A stretch of 64,000 nucleotides of DNA from Patescibacteria group bacterium (GCA_018971045.1 JAGWVF010000002.1:65133-129132); one strand, 5' to 3'. Counted from the first letter of the stretch, positions 27,730-37,439 are shown. The notes: generated from the letters alone by a model not told the origin. Program-made: numbers and translations.

Positions 27730-29394
27730 TTACGGCATCGTCTCTGCCATATCGCGTTTGATATCCTCGAAAGTTCCTCCGACTTTTTTACCCGGATTCA
27801 GAATTTCCTGCGGATCGAATATTGTCTTCGTCTTCTTGAAGAGCGCGATCATCTCGTCGCCAAAGAGCATCGGGAGATACGGCGTGCGGATAATGCCGTC
27901 GTTATGTTCGCCGGTAGTGGTACCGCCCTCCTTGATGACGAGCTCGTACACCTTCGGGGCGAGATCGAGGATCACTTGGCGGTTATCTTCTTTCGTAAGG
28001 TCCATGAGCGGAATGATGTGGAAATTGCCGTTGCCGATATGGCCCGCGATCGTGTAGATAAAGTGCTTAGAATATTCGGCGAGAAGCGCGTTCAGCTTCG
28101 GCAAGAATTCCGGATAGCTCTCCGGCGGGACGACGAAGTCGTCGATAAAGGGCGCGGTGTGCAGTCCGCGGACGTTCTTGCGCAAGAGATTGAAGCTCTC
28201 GCGGCGAATAATCCAATACTTCTCCGATTCTTTTTCATTCTTTTCGATCTTCATCTCCAAATGCATGTCGGCTAAAGTCTCTTTCGCCGCCTGCGCTTTC
28301 ATATCGGCTTCTTCGATCGTGTCTTCGGCAAATTCGGCCATGAGGATCATTTTCGGAACGCCGCCCGTCGCTACCAGCGCCGCTTCGGGGATGAGGTCGA
28401 TGCCGAGTTTTGCGGCGCGCACGAACCCCATTTGCGCGAGCATTTGGGGCATGAACTTTACGGCAAGGGTGAAGGTGTTGTCGTCATAGGATTCAAACGA
28501 CTCAGGATGCTGAGGGAGAACCCGCTTCACGATCTCGGGTAACGGCGCGATGTCGTAGAGGAAAACGACCAGCATCGCGCGGTGTTCCTTCGGCTTGACC
28601 AGCGCGAGCTTCGCACTGGTCCAGAGCGCGAGCGTGCCTTGCGAGCCGCAGATAAGCTTCGCGAGATTGAAGGTGCCGTTCTTCGGATCTTTGATATCCC
28701 AGAGGCCGTAGCCGGCGGAATTTTTTGACACTTTCGGCCGCTTCGCTTCGATAAGAGCGGCGTTCTTCTCGAGGAGCGCGTCCATCTCGCGGTAGATTTC
28801 GCCCTCAAGGTTCTGAAGTTTTTTCTTCTCTTCAAGCTCGGCGGCGGTGAGCGGCTTGAAGCGGGCTGATGAGCCGTCAGAAAGGACGACATCCATCTCT
28901 TCGATATAGCGCTCGGTCTTACCGTATTCGAGGGTGCGTTCGCCGCCCGAGTTGTTGGAGACGATGCCGCCCATGGCGGCGATCTCGCGGCTCGCCGGAT
29001 AGGAGGGAAGGACGAGCCCTTTCTCGAGCGTCGCCTTCTCAAAGTCGCGGTAATAGACGCCCGGCTCAGTCGTCGCCCAACCGTCTCCGACTTCGCCCAT
29101 ATGGTTCATATGCTTGGTGAACGATACAACGACTCCGGTAGTCAAAGGGCCGCCCGACATATCGGTTCCGGCGGATCGAGCAGTAAGCGATACGGACTCG
29201 CCCTCCGCCTTCCTGCGGGCAATCTCCTTCACGATCGCGCTTACGTCGTTTGCATCCTTAGGAAAGACCACGAGTTCGGGCATCCGTTCGAAAAGCGACG
29301 TGTCGCGGCTGTTCGCCTTCAGGGTTTCCGCATCATCCGCCACCTCGCCCCGTATCGTCTCCGCAATCGACTTCTTCAATTCTTCAGTATTCAT
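27730..29394 (-). CDS. FAD-linked oxidase (GlcD / D-lactate dehydrogenase family)
   Basis: 554 aa. FAD-binding PCMH domain (GAGTDMSGG-type motif SAGTDMSGGPL) and a C-terminal FAD-oxidase_C domain. Confidence 0.8.
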   Translation of the reverse strand: MNTEELKKSIAETIRGEVADDAETLKANSRDTSLFERMPELVVFPKDANDVSAIVKEIARRKAEGESVSLTARSAGTDMSGGPLTTGVVVSFTKHMNHMGEVGDGWATTEPGVYYRDFEKATLEKGLVLPSYPASREIAAMGGIVSNNSGGERTLEYGKTERYIEEMDVVLSDGSSARFKPLTAAELEEKKKLQNLEGEIYREMDALLEKNAALIEAKRPKVSKNSAGYGLWDIKDPKNGTFNLAKLICGSQGTLALWTSAKLALVKPKEHRAMLVVFLYDIAPLPEIVKRVLPQHPESFESYDDNTFTLAVKFMPQMLAQMGFVRAAKLGIDLIPEAALVATGGVPKMILMAEFAEDTIEEADMKAQAAKETLADMHLEMKIEKNEKESEKYWIIRRESFNLLRKNVRGLHTAPFIDDFVVPPESYPEFLPKLNALLAEYSKHFIYTIAGHIGNGNFHIIPLMDLTKEDNRQVILDLAPKVYELVIKEGGTTTGEHNDGIIRTPYLPMLFGDEMIALFKKTKTIFDPQEILNPGKKVGGTFEDIKRDMAETMP

Positions 29395-29490
29395 ATCTGA
29401 ATAGTATACCCGCAGTACGGCGTTTTTGTCCCATGTTCAACCGCTATGCTGATGGGGAAAGTACTCTCCAGCCGGTTCATTATAATTGGG

Positions 29491-29519
29491 TTGACAAATA
29501 TGTATAGCCGTGTATACTG
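29491..29519 (+). promoter_or_regulatory. consensus sigma-70 promoter TTGACA - 17 nt - TATACT
   Basis: Exact -35 consensus at 29491-29496 and near-consensus -10 at 29514-29519. No protein ORF follows on this strand. Confidence 0.65.
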
Positions 29520-29525
29520 AATATG

Positions 29526-29790
29526 CTTGTTCGGTTCGGGTCATACCCCGTTCGCCTCTCTCGAGCAGAGGTAGAAGTCATAACCCCAGCAAGCGCCGTA
29601 TCGGCGAGAGCTGCAACCGCCGGTACGTACCTCGGGTGTTCCTCGAGCGCAGCCGCCACTACCTAGCCGTGGACGATACTGTAGCGGAAGGGTGAGAGCG
29701 ATGGGATGCTAGGCGCCCGGGGATTGGTCCCCAAAACAAATCGCTCTCACCCGCAGGGCCCCGTTTCGACGGCGGCCCTTTTTTATTTCT
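29526..29790 (+). ncRNA. candidate structured ncRNA (~265 nt) of unidentified family
   Basis: Bounded by the consensus promoter and an intrinsic terminator (GGGCCCCG..CGGCGGCCC + T6 at 29756-29788). Contains a perfect 13-bp helix GGGTGAGAGCGAT/ATCGCTCTCACCC and several shorter helices. No coding potential on this strand. Confidence 0.5.
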
Positions 29791-30664
29791 CCATTTTATA
29801 GTGGTTGCGAGTTGTCGATTTTTCCAACTCGGAACGAGTCAGTTTTCGGATCCAAGCCTTTTGACGGCGGGCGTATTGCCAGAGCTTCGCGGAGAGGGTC
29901 GGGAACAGCGACGCTTCATCGCGCTCGCCGCGCAGATACTCGCCCACGATTTTGTATTCAAGGCCAAATTCATTCAGACGCTCGTCTCCCGTTCGTTCAC
30001 GAACCCGGCGAACTTCGTCAATGAGGCCGTGCGCAAGCGCGCTCGCGAGGCGCGCGTCAATCCGAGCGCGCAGCTCTTCGCGGGGCGGATCGAGGATAAT
30101 CCACTCGGCATTATAGGGCGGCATAATCCGCGTTCGTTCCGGAACCGATCCTCTATCCGCAATGATCTCGAGCGCGCGGATAATCCGGCGGCGGTTCTGC
30201 GGATCGAGATCGGCGGCGCGGCGCCCGTCTAAGGAGACGATGCGAGCGTACAATTCTTCAGTCGGCACGTCTTTAAGGCTTTCGCGAAAGGCGGGATCCG
30301 TCTTGACGCCCGGCAGTCCCGACAGAAGCGCGTCAAAATAGAAGTGAGTTCCGCCGGCGAGGATCGGCCGTTTCCCGCGAGCCGCGATCTCGATGATGAG
30401 ATTCGCCGCATCGGCGGCGAAGTCGCCCGCTGAGTAAGTCTCTTCCGGATCGCGGATATCGATCAGATGGTGGGGGATGCCGAGCATCTCTTCGGGAGAA
30501 ATCTTCTCGGTCCCGATATCGAGCCCGCGATACACTTGGCGCGAGTCGACCGATATGATTTCTCCCCCGCGCTCGAGAGCCTCGCGTATCGCGCGCGCCG
30601 ATTTACCCGAGGCCGTTGGCCCCGCGATGCAGATAATATGCGGAGGTTGTGCCTTGCCGGACAT
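29783..30664 (-). CDS. miaA: tRNA dimethylallyltransferase MiaA
   Basis: P-loop IAGPTASGKS at the trimmed start (MSGKAQPPHIICIAGPTASGKS). Conserved DSRQVYRGLDIGT motif. Confidence 0.9.
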   Translation of the reverse strand: MSGKAQPPHIICIAGPTASGKSARAIREALERGGEIISVDSRQVYRGLDIGTEKISPEEMLGIPHHLIDIRDPEETYSAGDFAADAANLIIEIAARGKRPILAGGTHFYFDALLSGLPGVKTDPAFRESLKDVPTEELYARIVSLDGRRAADLDPQNRRRIIRALEIIADRGSVPERTRIMPPYNAEWIILDPPREELRARIDARLASALAHGLIDEVRRVRERTGDERLNEFGLEYKIVGEYLRGERDEASLFPTLSAKLWQYARRQKAWIRKLTRSELEKSTTRNHYKMEK

Positions 30665-30716
30665 GCGAGTAAGATGATAAGCGAACCTTACACCGTATCC
30701 AATAACCCTGCCATCT

Positions 30717-31376
30717 ATGAAAGAAACCAAGAGCAATTATTGCGAGAACTGCGGCGAATTCCACGACGCGGTGCGCGACTACCTCTCGCAAGTGAAGGTC
30801 GGCGAGACGGTGCCCGATTTCGAATTCGAAGCATTCCATCAAGGAGAGATTAAGCTCATGAGCCTTTCGAAGTTGCGCGGAAAATGGACCGTCCTCGTCT
30901 TCTATCCGGCCGACTTCACCTTCGTCTGCCCGACCGAGCTCGAGGAGCTCGCGAAGCTGTATCCCAAATTCCAGGCGCAGAACGCGGAGATTATTTCGAT
31001 TTCTTCCGATACCGTATTCACCCACAAAGCATGGCACGAAGTTTCGCCGGGGATTAAAGAGATTAAATATCCCATGGCGGCCGATCCCTCGAGCAAGCTC
31101 GCGTATGCCTTCGGCGTACTCGTTGAAGGCGGAGAAGCGGCGTTCACTCCCGATGAGGGATTGGCTTTACGGGGAACGTTTATTATCGATCCGAACGGTA
31201 TACTTCGTTCGATGGAGATAACCGATAACTCAATCGGCAGGAAGGGCGCGGAAACATTACGGAAGCTCCAGGCGGCGCAGTACGTAGAAACGCACAAAGG
31301 CAAGGTCTGTCCGGCCTCGTGGGAGCCGGGAGAAGATCCGCTCGAACCGGGTCTCGATCTCGTCGGAAAGCTGTAA
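30717..31376 (+). CDS. 2-Cys peroxiredoxin (AhpC/Prx1 family) with short Cys-containing N-terminal extension
   Basis: Peroxidatic-Cys motif FTFVCPTE and a resolving Cys in GKVCPASW. N-terminal CENCGEFH extension. Confidence 0.85.
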   Translation: MKETKSNYCENCGEFHDAVRDYLSQVKVGETVPDFEFEAFHQGEIKLMSLSKLRGKWTVLVFYPADFTFVCPTELEELAKLYPKFQAQNAEIISISSDTVFTHKAWHEVSPGIKEIKYPMAADPSSKLAYAFGVLVEGGEAAFTPDEGLALRGTFIIDPNGILRSMEITDNSIGRKGAETLRKLQAAQYVETHKGKVCPASWEPGEDPLEPGLDLVGKL

Positions 31377-31420
31377 ATAGAGAAATCAACGGTGCGCTAC
31401 GAGAAAGCACATCATACGTG

Positions 31421-31502
31421 TGCTGGAGGTGGGAATCGAACCCACAACCCTTGCGGGACGGGATTTTGAGGCCCGCGCGTATACCTATTCCGCCACTCCA
31501 GC
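31421..31502 (-). tRNA. tRNA-Leu (anticodon CAA), type II with long variable arm
   Basis: Reverse complement GCTGGAGTGGCGGAATAGGTATACGCGCGGGCCTCAAAATCCCGTCCCGCAAGGGTTGTGGGTTCGATTCCCACCTCCAGCA. Anticodon loop CUCAAAA; T-arm GTGGGTTCGATTCCCAC; variable arm CCCGCAAGGG. Confidence 0.85.
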
Positions 31503-31540
31503 GTGGTACTCGTAGCGTACCATATGCTAAAATCATTACC

Positions 31541-32524
31541 ATGAAAGATGACGCGGCGTACGTACCGACAAAATACGATTCGATTTTCTGGATCGACATC
31601 GATCGAATTATTCCGAACCCCTATCAGCCGCGCAAGGACTTCACCGAAGCGGGAATCGCCTCGCTTGCCGAGAGCATCCGGCAGTACGGCGTGCTCCAGC
31701 CGCTCGTCGTCAGCCGTTCGGAGGTCGAGAAGCCAGAGGGCGGTCTCGAGAGCGTCTACGAGCTCGTGGCGGGCGAGCGGCGTCTCCGCGCGAGTAAGCT
31801 CGCCGGACTAAAGCAGGTGCCGGTCGTGATTCGACACGGAGAGAATAACCTCACCAAGCTCGAACTCGCGATTATCGAGAACCTTCAGCGCGAAGATCTG
31901 AACGCGATCGATCGCGCCAAAGCGCTCGCGAGACTCATCGAGGAATTCGGCATTTCCCACGCCGAGACCGCGGCGAAGATCGGCAAGAGCCGCGAATACG
32001 TTTCAAACAGCCTGCGGCTTCTCTCGTTGCCGCAACATATGCAGGATGCCGTCGTCGCGCGCGAGATCAATGAGGGTCACGCCCGCCCGCTCCTCTCGCT
32101 CATCGAACGCCCCGAGGAGCAAGAGGCGCTTTTCAAGGAGATCATTCTCAAGAAACTGCCGGTGCGCCACGCGGAGCGGATCGCGCGCTCGATCGCTCAG
32201 GAGCGCGTACATAAAAAGAACCGCAAGTCGCCCGAGATGGTGGAAATCGAGAAATCATTGACCGAGACGCTTGGCACGCGCGTGATTATCGAACAGAACG
32301 CCGAGGGCGGCCGCCTTCTGATCGACTTCTTTTCTCCCGACGACCTCCAACTGCTCATCGATGCGCTGGCTTCTCGAGAAGCCGGAGTAACGACCCCTCC
32401 ATCCGCGCCGGAGATGCCGGTTTTCCCCAACACCACGCCGGTATCCGACGATTTCATCATCGCTCCGCCCGCGCCTGAAGAGGTTGACGATGAGCTCTAC
32501 TCGGTTACGAACTTCACGGTCTAG
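31541..32524 (+). CDS. parB: ParB/Spo0J-family partition protein (ParB N-terminal domain + HTH)
   Basis: ParB-box motif (VAGERRLRASKLAGLKQVPVV) and HTH (HAETAAKIGKSREYVSNSLRLL). The start is trimmed to the ATG at 31541; the longer ORF reads through the tRNA gene. Confidence 0.8.
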   Translation: MKDDAAYVPTKYDSIFWIDIDRIIPNPYQPRKDFTEAGIASLAESIRQYGVLQPLVVSRSEVEKPEGGLESVYELVAGERRLRASKLAGLKQVPVVIRHGENNLTKLELAIIENLQREDLNAIDRAKALARLIEEFGISHAETAAKIGKSREYVSNSLRLLSLPQHMQDAVVAREINEGHARPLLSLIERPEEQEALFKEIILKKLPVRHAERIARSIAQERVHKKNRKSPEMVEIEKSLTETLGTRVIIEQNAEGGRLLIDFFSPDDLQLLIDALASREAGVTTPPSAPEMPVFPNTTPVSDDFIIAPPAPEEVDDELYSVTNFTV

Positions 32525-34125
32525 TTTTTATTTTTAAGAGATTTTGAAACGAAGCGCGTGCGGCGCTTGCGGGGGGACTTATTGATCTCGGTCATGCCGA
32601 GCGCCGCCCGGATGTGCCGGCGCGCGAGCGAGGTGCGCACGAGAGTCAGCCATTTTGGCGAAGGATGAGCCGAGTCTTTCCGAATAATCTCGACGACATC
32701 GCCGTTTCCGAGCTCCGTATCGAAGGAGACGAGCTTGCCGTTGACCTTTGCGCCTTGCAGGTGATCGCCCAGGTCTGAATGAATCGCATAGGCGAAGTCG
32801 ATCGGAGTCGAGGCGGCGGGAAGGTCGATGACGTCGCCTTGCGGCGTGAAGACGAAAACGCGGTGGGAGAAGAAGTCTTCCTTGAGCCCCTCGACGAATT
32901 CTTCAGAGCCGGCGATGTCAGTGTGGGCATCGGCGAGTTCGGCGAGCCAAAGCGGCACTTTCACGACGGGCCGTTCACCGCCCTCTTTTTTGGTCACGCG
33001 CATCAGAGAGGGGATAAGCGAGCGGATCCACGAGAATGAGAGCGCCGAGAAGCGGGTTTTCTGCTCCTGTTTATCGAGTTTCTCGATATCCTTGCCGAGT
33101 TGTTTGTAGGACATATGCGACGCGATGCCGAAGGCCGCGCGCTTATGCATCTCTTCGGTGCGGATTTGGATCTCGACAATGCCCGCTTTCGGAGTGACAA
33201 CCGTGGTATGAAGCGACTGATAGCCGTTCGGTTTCGGGAAGGCGATATAATCTTTGAATTCTCCCGGGAGAGGCTTATAGAGCGCGTGCACGAGTCCGAG
33301 AGTCGTGTAGCAGTCTTCGATCGACGGTACGACGAGCCTGAGCGCGGCGATGTCGTGGATCAGATTGATATCATCGTGCTTGCGCTTCAACTTCTGATGC
33401 AGGCTCCAGAGGCCCTTCATTCGGATATCCGTGCGGAAGGCGGTCAATCCTTTTTTCGCGAGTTCGGCTTTTAGTTCTTTCTGCACCTTCTTAAGACCCT
33501 CTTCAGTTTCCTGCGTCTTCAGTTTGCGCACCTCCGCGGTGTGCAGAGCGGCATCCGGATCGATAAAGGGGAAGGCGAGATCCTCGAGGTCCCGCTTCAT
33601 CATTCCCATCCCGAGGCGGTCGGCAATGGGCGCATAGATCTCGATCGTCTCGAGCGCGATGCGGCGGCGCTTGTGTTCCGGCACATGCTCGAGCGTTTGC
33701 ATATTGTGATATCGATCCGCAAGCTTGACGATGAGCACGCGGATATCGCTCGCGGTCGCGACGAGCAGCCGGCGCAAGCTCTCCGCGTGGCGTTCGGCGC
33801 CGCGATACTTATGCGTTCCGAGCTTCGTCACGCCGTCGACGATAAAAAGGAGCTCCTTTCCGAATTCTTTTTCCATATCTTCACGCGAGACGCGCCCGTC
33901 TTCGACGGCGTCGTGGAGGAGTCCGGCGGCGATGGTAACCGTATCCATTCCGTATTCAGCGAGAATCTTAGCCGCCGCCGCCGGGTGGATGAAGTACGGC
34001 TCGCCCGAGTAGCGGGTCTGCCCCTCATGAGCCTTTTTCGAGTACTCATAAGCCCTCTCGATGTAGGCGGCGTCTTCTTTCGAGTGGTTCTCCATGAGAG
34101 CCACGATCTCCCTCGCTGTGGTCAT
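32521..34125 (-). CDS. rel: RelA/SpoT-family (p)ppGpp synthetase/hydrolase (HD + synthetase + TGS domains)
   Basis: 534 aa. HD hydrolase motif (HPAAAAKIL...LHDAVED), synthetase domain (DIAALRLVV, GYQSLHTTV), C-terminal TGS-like GDVVEI. Confidence 0.85.
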   Translation of the reverse strand: MTTAREIVALMENHSKEDAAYIERAYEYSKKAHEGQTRYSGEPYFIHPAAAAKILAEYGMDTVTIAAGLLHDAVEDGRVSREDMEKEFGKELLFIVDGVTKLGTHKYRGAERHAESLRRLLVATASDIRVLIVKLADRYHNMQTLEHVPEHKRRRIALETIEIYAPIADRLGMGMMKRDLEDLAFPFIDPDAALHTAEVRKLKTQETEEGLKKVQKELKAELAKKGLTAFRTDIRMKGLWSLHQKLKRKHDDINLIHDIAALRLVVPSIEDCYTTLGLVHALYKPLPGEFKDYIAFPKPNGYQSLHTTVVTPKAGIVEIQIRTEEMHKRAAFGIASHMSYKQLGKDIEKLDKQEQKTRFSALSFSWIRSLIPSLMRVTKKEGGERPVVKVPLWLAELADAHTDIAGSEEFVEGLKEDFFSHRVFVFTPQGDVIDLPAASTPIDFAYAIHSDLGDHLQGAKVNGKLVSFDTELGNGDVVEIIRKDSAHPSPKWLTLVRTSLARRHIRAALGMTEINKSPRKRRTRFVSKSLKNKN

Positions 34126-34191
34126 AGAGAAACACTATATACCACAAACACTCTTTTGTGTTTCGGCAGAAACGGGACGGCCTCCGCGCAT

Positions 34192-36603
34192 TTATTTCAA
34201 ATACTCTGCCGCTTCGGCGGGGGTGAGAGCGTCTGGTTTGGTGTCAGTGGGGAGGTAGATGCGGCGAAGACCTTTCTTTAAGAAGAGGCCCTGCTTTGAT
34301 TTATAGAGCACGAGCTCTTTACCGGTGCGGGGATGTTTGCCGATTTCTCTCACGATCTCAACTCCTCTCGGCGGCTTCTTCGGCGTCGCGAGAAGCGCGA
34401 GCGCGGTATCGAGCGTAACCGTGTAGGGGTCGCCAACGTTTGGTTTGAGCGATCGAAATTCCCCGTCGCTGCCGACGTAGGGGCCGAAGCGTCCGGTCGA
34501 CGCGAAGACGGGCTTACCCGTTCCCGGATGCATCCCGAGTTCGCGGGGGAGCGAGAGATACTTGACCGCGTCGGCGAGCGTGATCGACGAGAGGTCGGTG
34601 CCTTTAGGAATACTTGCGCGCTTGGCCGCCGTCTTGGGCCGCCCTCTTCCTTTTTTTGCTGCTTTTTTCTTTTTTGATTTCTTAATTTCGATGCCAGCAG
34701 GTTCTTCCTCAATCTTTACCTCTTCCTCTGGAAGCGCCATCTCCACATACGGCCCAAACCGTCCCGTCTTAATATAAATCGGCGCGCCCGTATCGGGGTG
34801 TGTCCCGATCGGTTCATCGCCTTTTAATTCTTCTCCCGTCTCGGTGCGCGCGCCAAGACAATCGGGATAGCGTTTACAGCTCATAAACACCCCGCCGCGC
34901 CCAAGCTTCAGTTCCATCGGAGAGCCGCAGATCGGGCAGGGGAACTTCTCGCGGTCAACATCGCCTAATGAGGTCGCCTTCGGTAACTTCTCTTTTGCCT
35001 TCACCGCCTTCTCGAATGGTCCGTAAAAAGTAGAAAGCGTCTCGGTATAGCCGCGCTCGCCGCGCGCGATCTCGTCAAGCTCGTTCTCCATTTCGGCGGT
35101 AAAGGTATCACTCACATATTCTGGGAAGTTTTCTTCGAGCCATCCGGAAACGACCATGCCGGTCGCGGTCGGCTTCAGAGCGCGGCCGAGTTTATCGACG
35201 TAACCGCGATCCTGAATCGTTTTCATAATCGCGGCATACGTCGAGGGGCGTCCGATGCCTCGCTTCTCGAGCTCCTTGATAAGGCCGGCTTCGGTATAGC
35301 GATTCGGAGGCTCGGTCTGTTTCTCATCGGCGGCGAGCGAGAGGAGCGAGAGCGGATCACCGATCGCCAGCTTCGGCAATTCATTATCTTCACCGCGCGC
35401 TCTCGTATCGAGCGCAAGCCATCCCGGGAAGATCGTGCGGGAGCCGGTGGCGGCGAAAGGCGGTATCGGCGCGTCCGCGCGGGCAGTGAGACTCGTGCGC
35501 ATAATACGCGCGGGTGCCATCTGCGACGCAAGCGCGCGTGTGCGGATCAATTCATACAGGTGCGTTTCGTCTGGCGTCGCGCCTGCCCGCTCCTTTCCGG
35601 GATCCGTGGGGCGGATCGCTTCGTGCGCTTCTTGCGCATTCTTACTCGTCGTTTTGTACGCGCGAACCTGGAGATACTCTTTGCCAAACAGGTTCTCGAT
35701 AAGTCCGGCCATCTTCGCGACGGCCTCTTTACTTAAATTGACCGAGTCGGTGCGCATGTAAGTAATGTACCCGGCCTCATAGAGCTTCTGCGCGGCGCGC
35801 ATCGTGCGCGAGGGCGCGAAGCCGAGCCGAGTCGAGGCCGTCTGCTGCAGCGTGGAGGTAGTAAAGGGTGGGCGCGGAGAGCGTTCCTCCGCTTTCTCGA
35901 TGATGTCCGCAACGCTCCACGAAGCACTGCGGCCAGCCCGCACGATGCGTTCCGATTCTTCCTTCGAACCTGGTTGTTCGACGCAGACAGCCGCGACAGT
36001 TCCGGCGCTCGACTGAAACAGCGCCGTTAAGACGAAATAGGTAACCGGATTGAAAGAGGCGATCTCGCGTTCGCGTTCGGCGAGGATCCGGAGCGCCGGC
36101 GACTGCACGCGTCCGGCCGAGAGACCGTAGCGGACTTTCTTCCAGATAAGGCCTGAGAGGTCGTAGCCAACGATGCGATCGAGGACTCTCCGGGCTTCCT
36201 GGGCGCGGCGGAGATTTTCATCGATAGTGCGCGGATGTTTGAGCGCCTCTTTAATCGCGTCCTCGGTAATTTCGTGGAAGACGACTCTCTTCGGCCTCTT
36301 CAATCCGGCGACTTCCTTGATGTGCCAGGCGATCGCTTCGCCCTCGCGATCAGGGTCAGTCGCGAGAAAAACCTCGTCGGCTTTTTTCGCGGCGCGCTCG
36401 ATTTTCTCGATCACCTCGCGTTTCTCGGCGGGAATGACGTAATGCGGGATAAAGCCGCCCTCGATATCGACGGCGTCTTTGTTCGTCTTCGGCAAGTCGC
36501 GTACATGCCCTACCGATGCGAGTACGGTATACTCCGCCCCGAGATAGTGGCCGATGGTGCGCGCCTTGGTGGGGGATTCCACGATAAGCAGTCGTTTCTC
36601 CAT
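34192..36603 (-). CDS. topA: DNA topoisomerase I with C-terminal Zn-ribbons and Lys-rich tail
   Basis: Toprim start LLIVESPTKA, active-site Tyr region (GYITYMRTDS), multiple C4 zinc ribbons, KKSKKKKAAKKGRGRPK tail. Start trimmed to MEKRLLIV. Confidence 0.95.
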   Translation of the reverse strand: MEKRLLIVESPTKARTIGHYLGAEYTVLASVGHVRDLPKTNKDAVDIEGGFIPHYVIPAEKREVIEKIERAAKKADEVFLATDPDREGEAIAWHIKEVAGLKRPKRVVFHEITEDAIKEALKHPRTIDENLRRAQEARRVLDRIVGYDLSGLIWKKVRYGLSAGRVQSPALRILAEREREIASFNPVTYFVLTALFQSSAGTVAAVCVEQPGSKEESERIVRAGRSASWSVADIIEKAEERSPRPPFTTSTLQQTASTRLGFAPSRTMRAAQKLYEAGYITYMRTDSVNLSKEAVAKMAGLIENLFGKEYLQVRAYKTTSKNAQEAHEAIRPTDPGKERAGATPDETHLYELIRTRALASQMAPARIMRTSLTARADAPIPPFAATGSRTIFPGWLALDTRARGEDNELPKLAIGDPLSLLSLAADEKQTEPPNRYTEAGLIKELEKRGIGRPSTYAAIMKTIQDRGYVDKLGRALKPTATGMVVSGWLEENFPEYVSDTFTAEMENELDEIARGERGYTETLSTFYGPFEKAVKAKEKLPKATSLGDVDREKFPCPICGSPMELKLGRGGVFMSCKRYPDCLGARTETGEELKGDEPIGTHPDTGAPIYIKTGRFGPYVEMALPEEEVKIEEEPAGIEIKKSKKKKAAKKGRGRPKTAAKRASIPKGTDLSSITLADAVKYLSLPRELGMHPGTGKPVFASTGRFGPYVGSDGEFRSLKPNVGDPYTVTLDTALALLATPKKPPRGVEIVREIGKHPRTGKELVLYKSKQGLFLKKGLRRIYLPTDTKPDALTPAEAAEYLK

Positions 36604-36661
36604 CTGTTCACAAATAACCCGCGCACCCATTCTCGGTCAAGCCCATCGAGTAGGGTAACGG

Positions 36662-37432
36662 CTATACGTTGGCCAAAACTGGGTGATGATCCGATCCATA
36701 GAGATCGGGAATGACTTCGGCGTGGTCGAGCGTGAAGTGGCGCGACACGAGAATGTGGTCAAGCTGGGAACGCGAGAGGGGGTGGGTGATGGCGCCCGGA
36801 AGGGTGTTCACGAGCTCGTGTTCCATAAAGCGCTGTTCGATGCGGGTGCGCTCTCTGCGGTAGAGGAGCGCGTCGCTCGTACTGCCGCCCATGATCCAGT
36901 TAAGAGGCGTGATGTGGGGGGACTCGAGGATATTGAAATCGCCGCAGACGATCGTCGGGCGCGCCGGATCGCGTTCGACCATCGCCGCCTCAAACTCGCC
37001 GAAGCGGATGTTCGGATTGGCGAGGATCAGGTGGAGATTAAACACGCGCATCAAACCGGAGGGAAGGGCGAGGTCGACGAACAGCGCGCTTCGGTTATGG
37101 AGCCGGTTGAAAAAGCGCGAGGGCGCGAGGCGAATGAACCATTTTGTCCGGTTCGGGAGAAGCGGCCAATAATCGGCGAATGAAATATCTCCCTGCGTCT
37201 CGATCGGATGCTTCGACAGCACCACCAGGAAGTGTTCTTCGCGGATCCGGTTCACGAGCATTTCCCGATCGCGCGCGTATGCAAGTGAGCCGGGAAGGGT
37301 TTGCAAGCGTTTCAAGAAGTGCTTCGGGACTTCCTGAAGGCAAAAGATATCGAAATCGCTTCGGGCGATAAACTCGAATGCGCGATCAGGTTCTCTATTG
37401 CGGAAGAGCATGTTCCATGAATAAATGTTCAT
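36662..37432 (-). CDS. endonuclease/exonuclease/phosphatase (EEP) family protein
   Basis: Trimmed to the internal ATG (MNIYSWNM). EEP motifs FDIFCLQEV, CGDFN and C-terminal SDHHPV. Confidence 0.75.
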   Translation of the reverse strand: MNIYSWNMLFRNREPDRAFEFIARSDFDIFCLQEVPKHFLKRLQTLPGSLAYARDREMLVNRIREEHFLVVLSKHPIETQGDISFADYWPLLPNRTKWFIRLAPSRFFNRLHNRSALFVDLALPSGLMRVFNLHLILANPNIRFGEFEAAMVERDPARPTIVCGDFNILESPHITPLNWIMGGSTSDALLYRRERTRIEQRFMEHELVNTLPGAITHPLSRSQLDHILVSRHFTLDHAEVIPDLYGSDHHPVLANV

Positions 37433-37439
37433 ACGAATA

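Noticed and set aside
29526-29790. Identification of the ncRNA as RNase P RNA, tmRNA or a cobalamin riboswitch
   Set aside because: It lacks the P4 GGAAAGUCCGGGC and ACAGAACCCGGCUUA elements of RNase P. It has no tmRNA-like tRNA end or tag ORF. It contains only a partial B12-box-like GCCACUA, with no downstream regulated gene on the strand. It is left as an unidentified RNA, with SRP or 6S still possible.
31319-31540. 5' extension of the parB ORF (GTG start at 31319) reading through the tRNA-Leu gene
   Set aside because: The extension translates the antisense strand of a tRNA. The product is Arg/Pro-rich junk. A proper ATG start exists at 31541.
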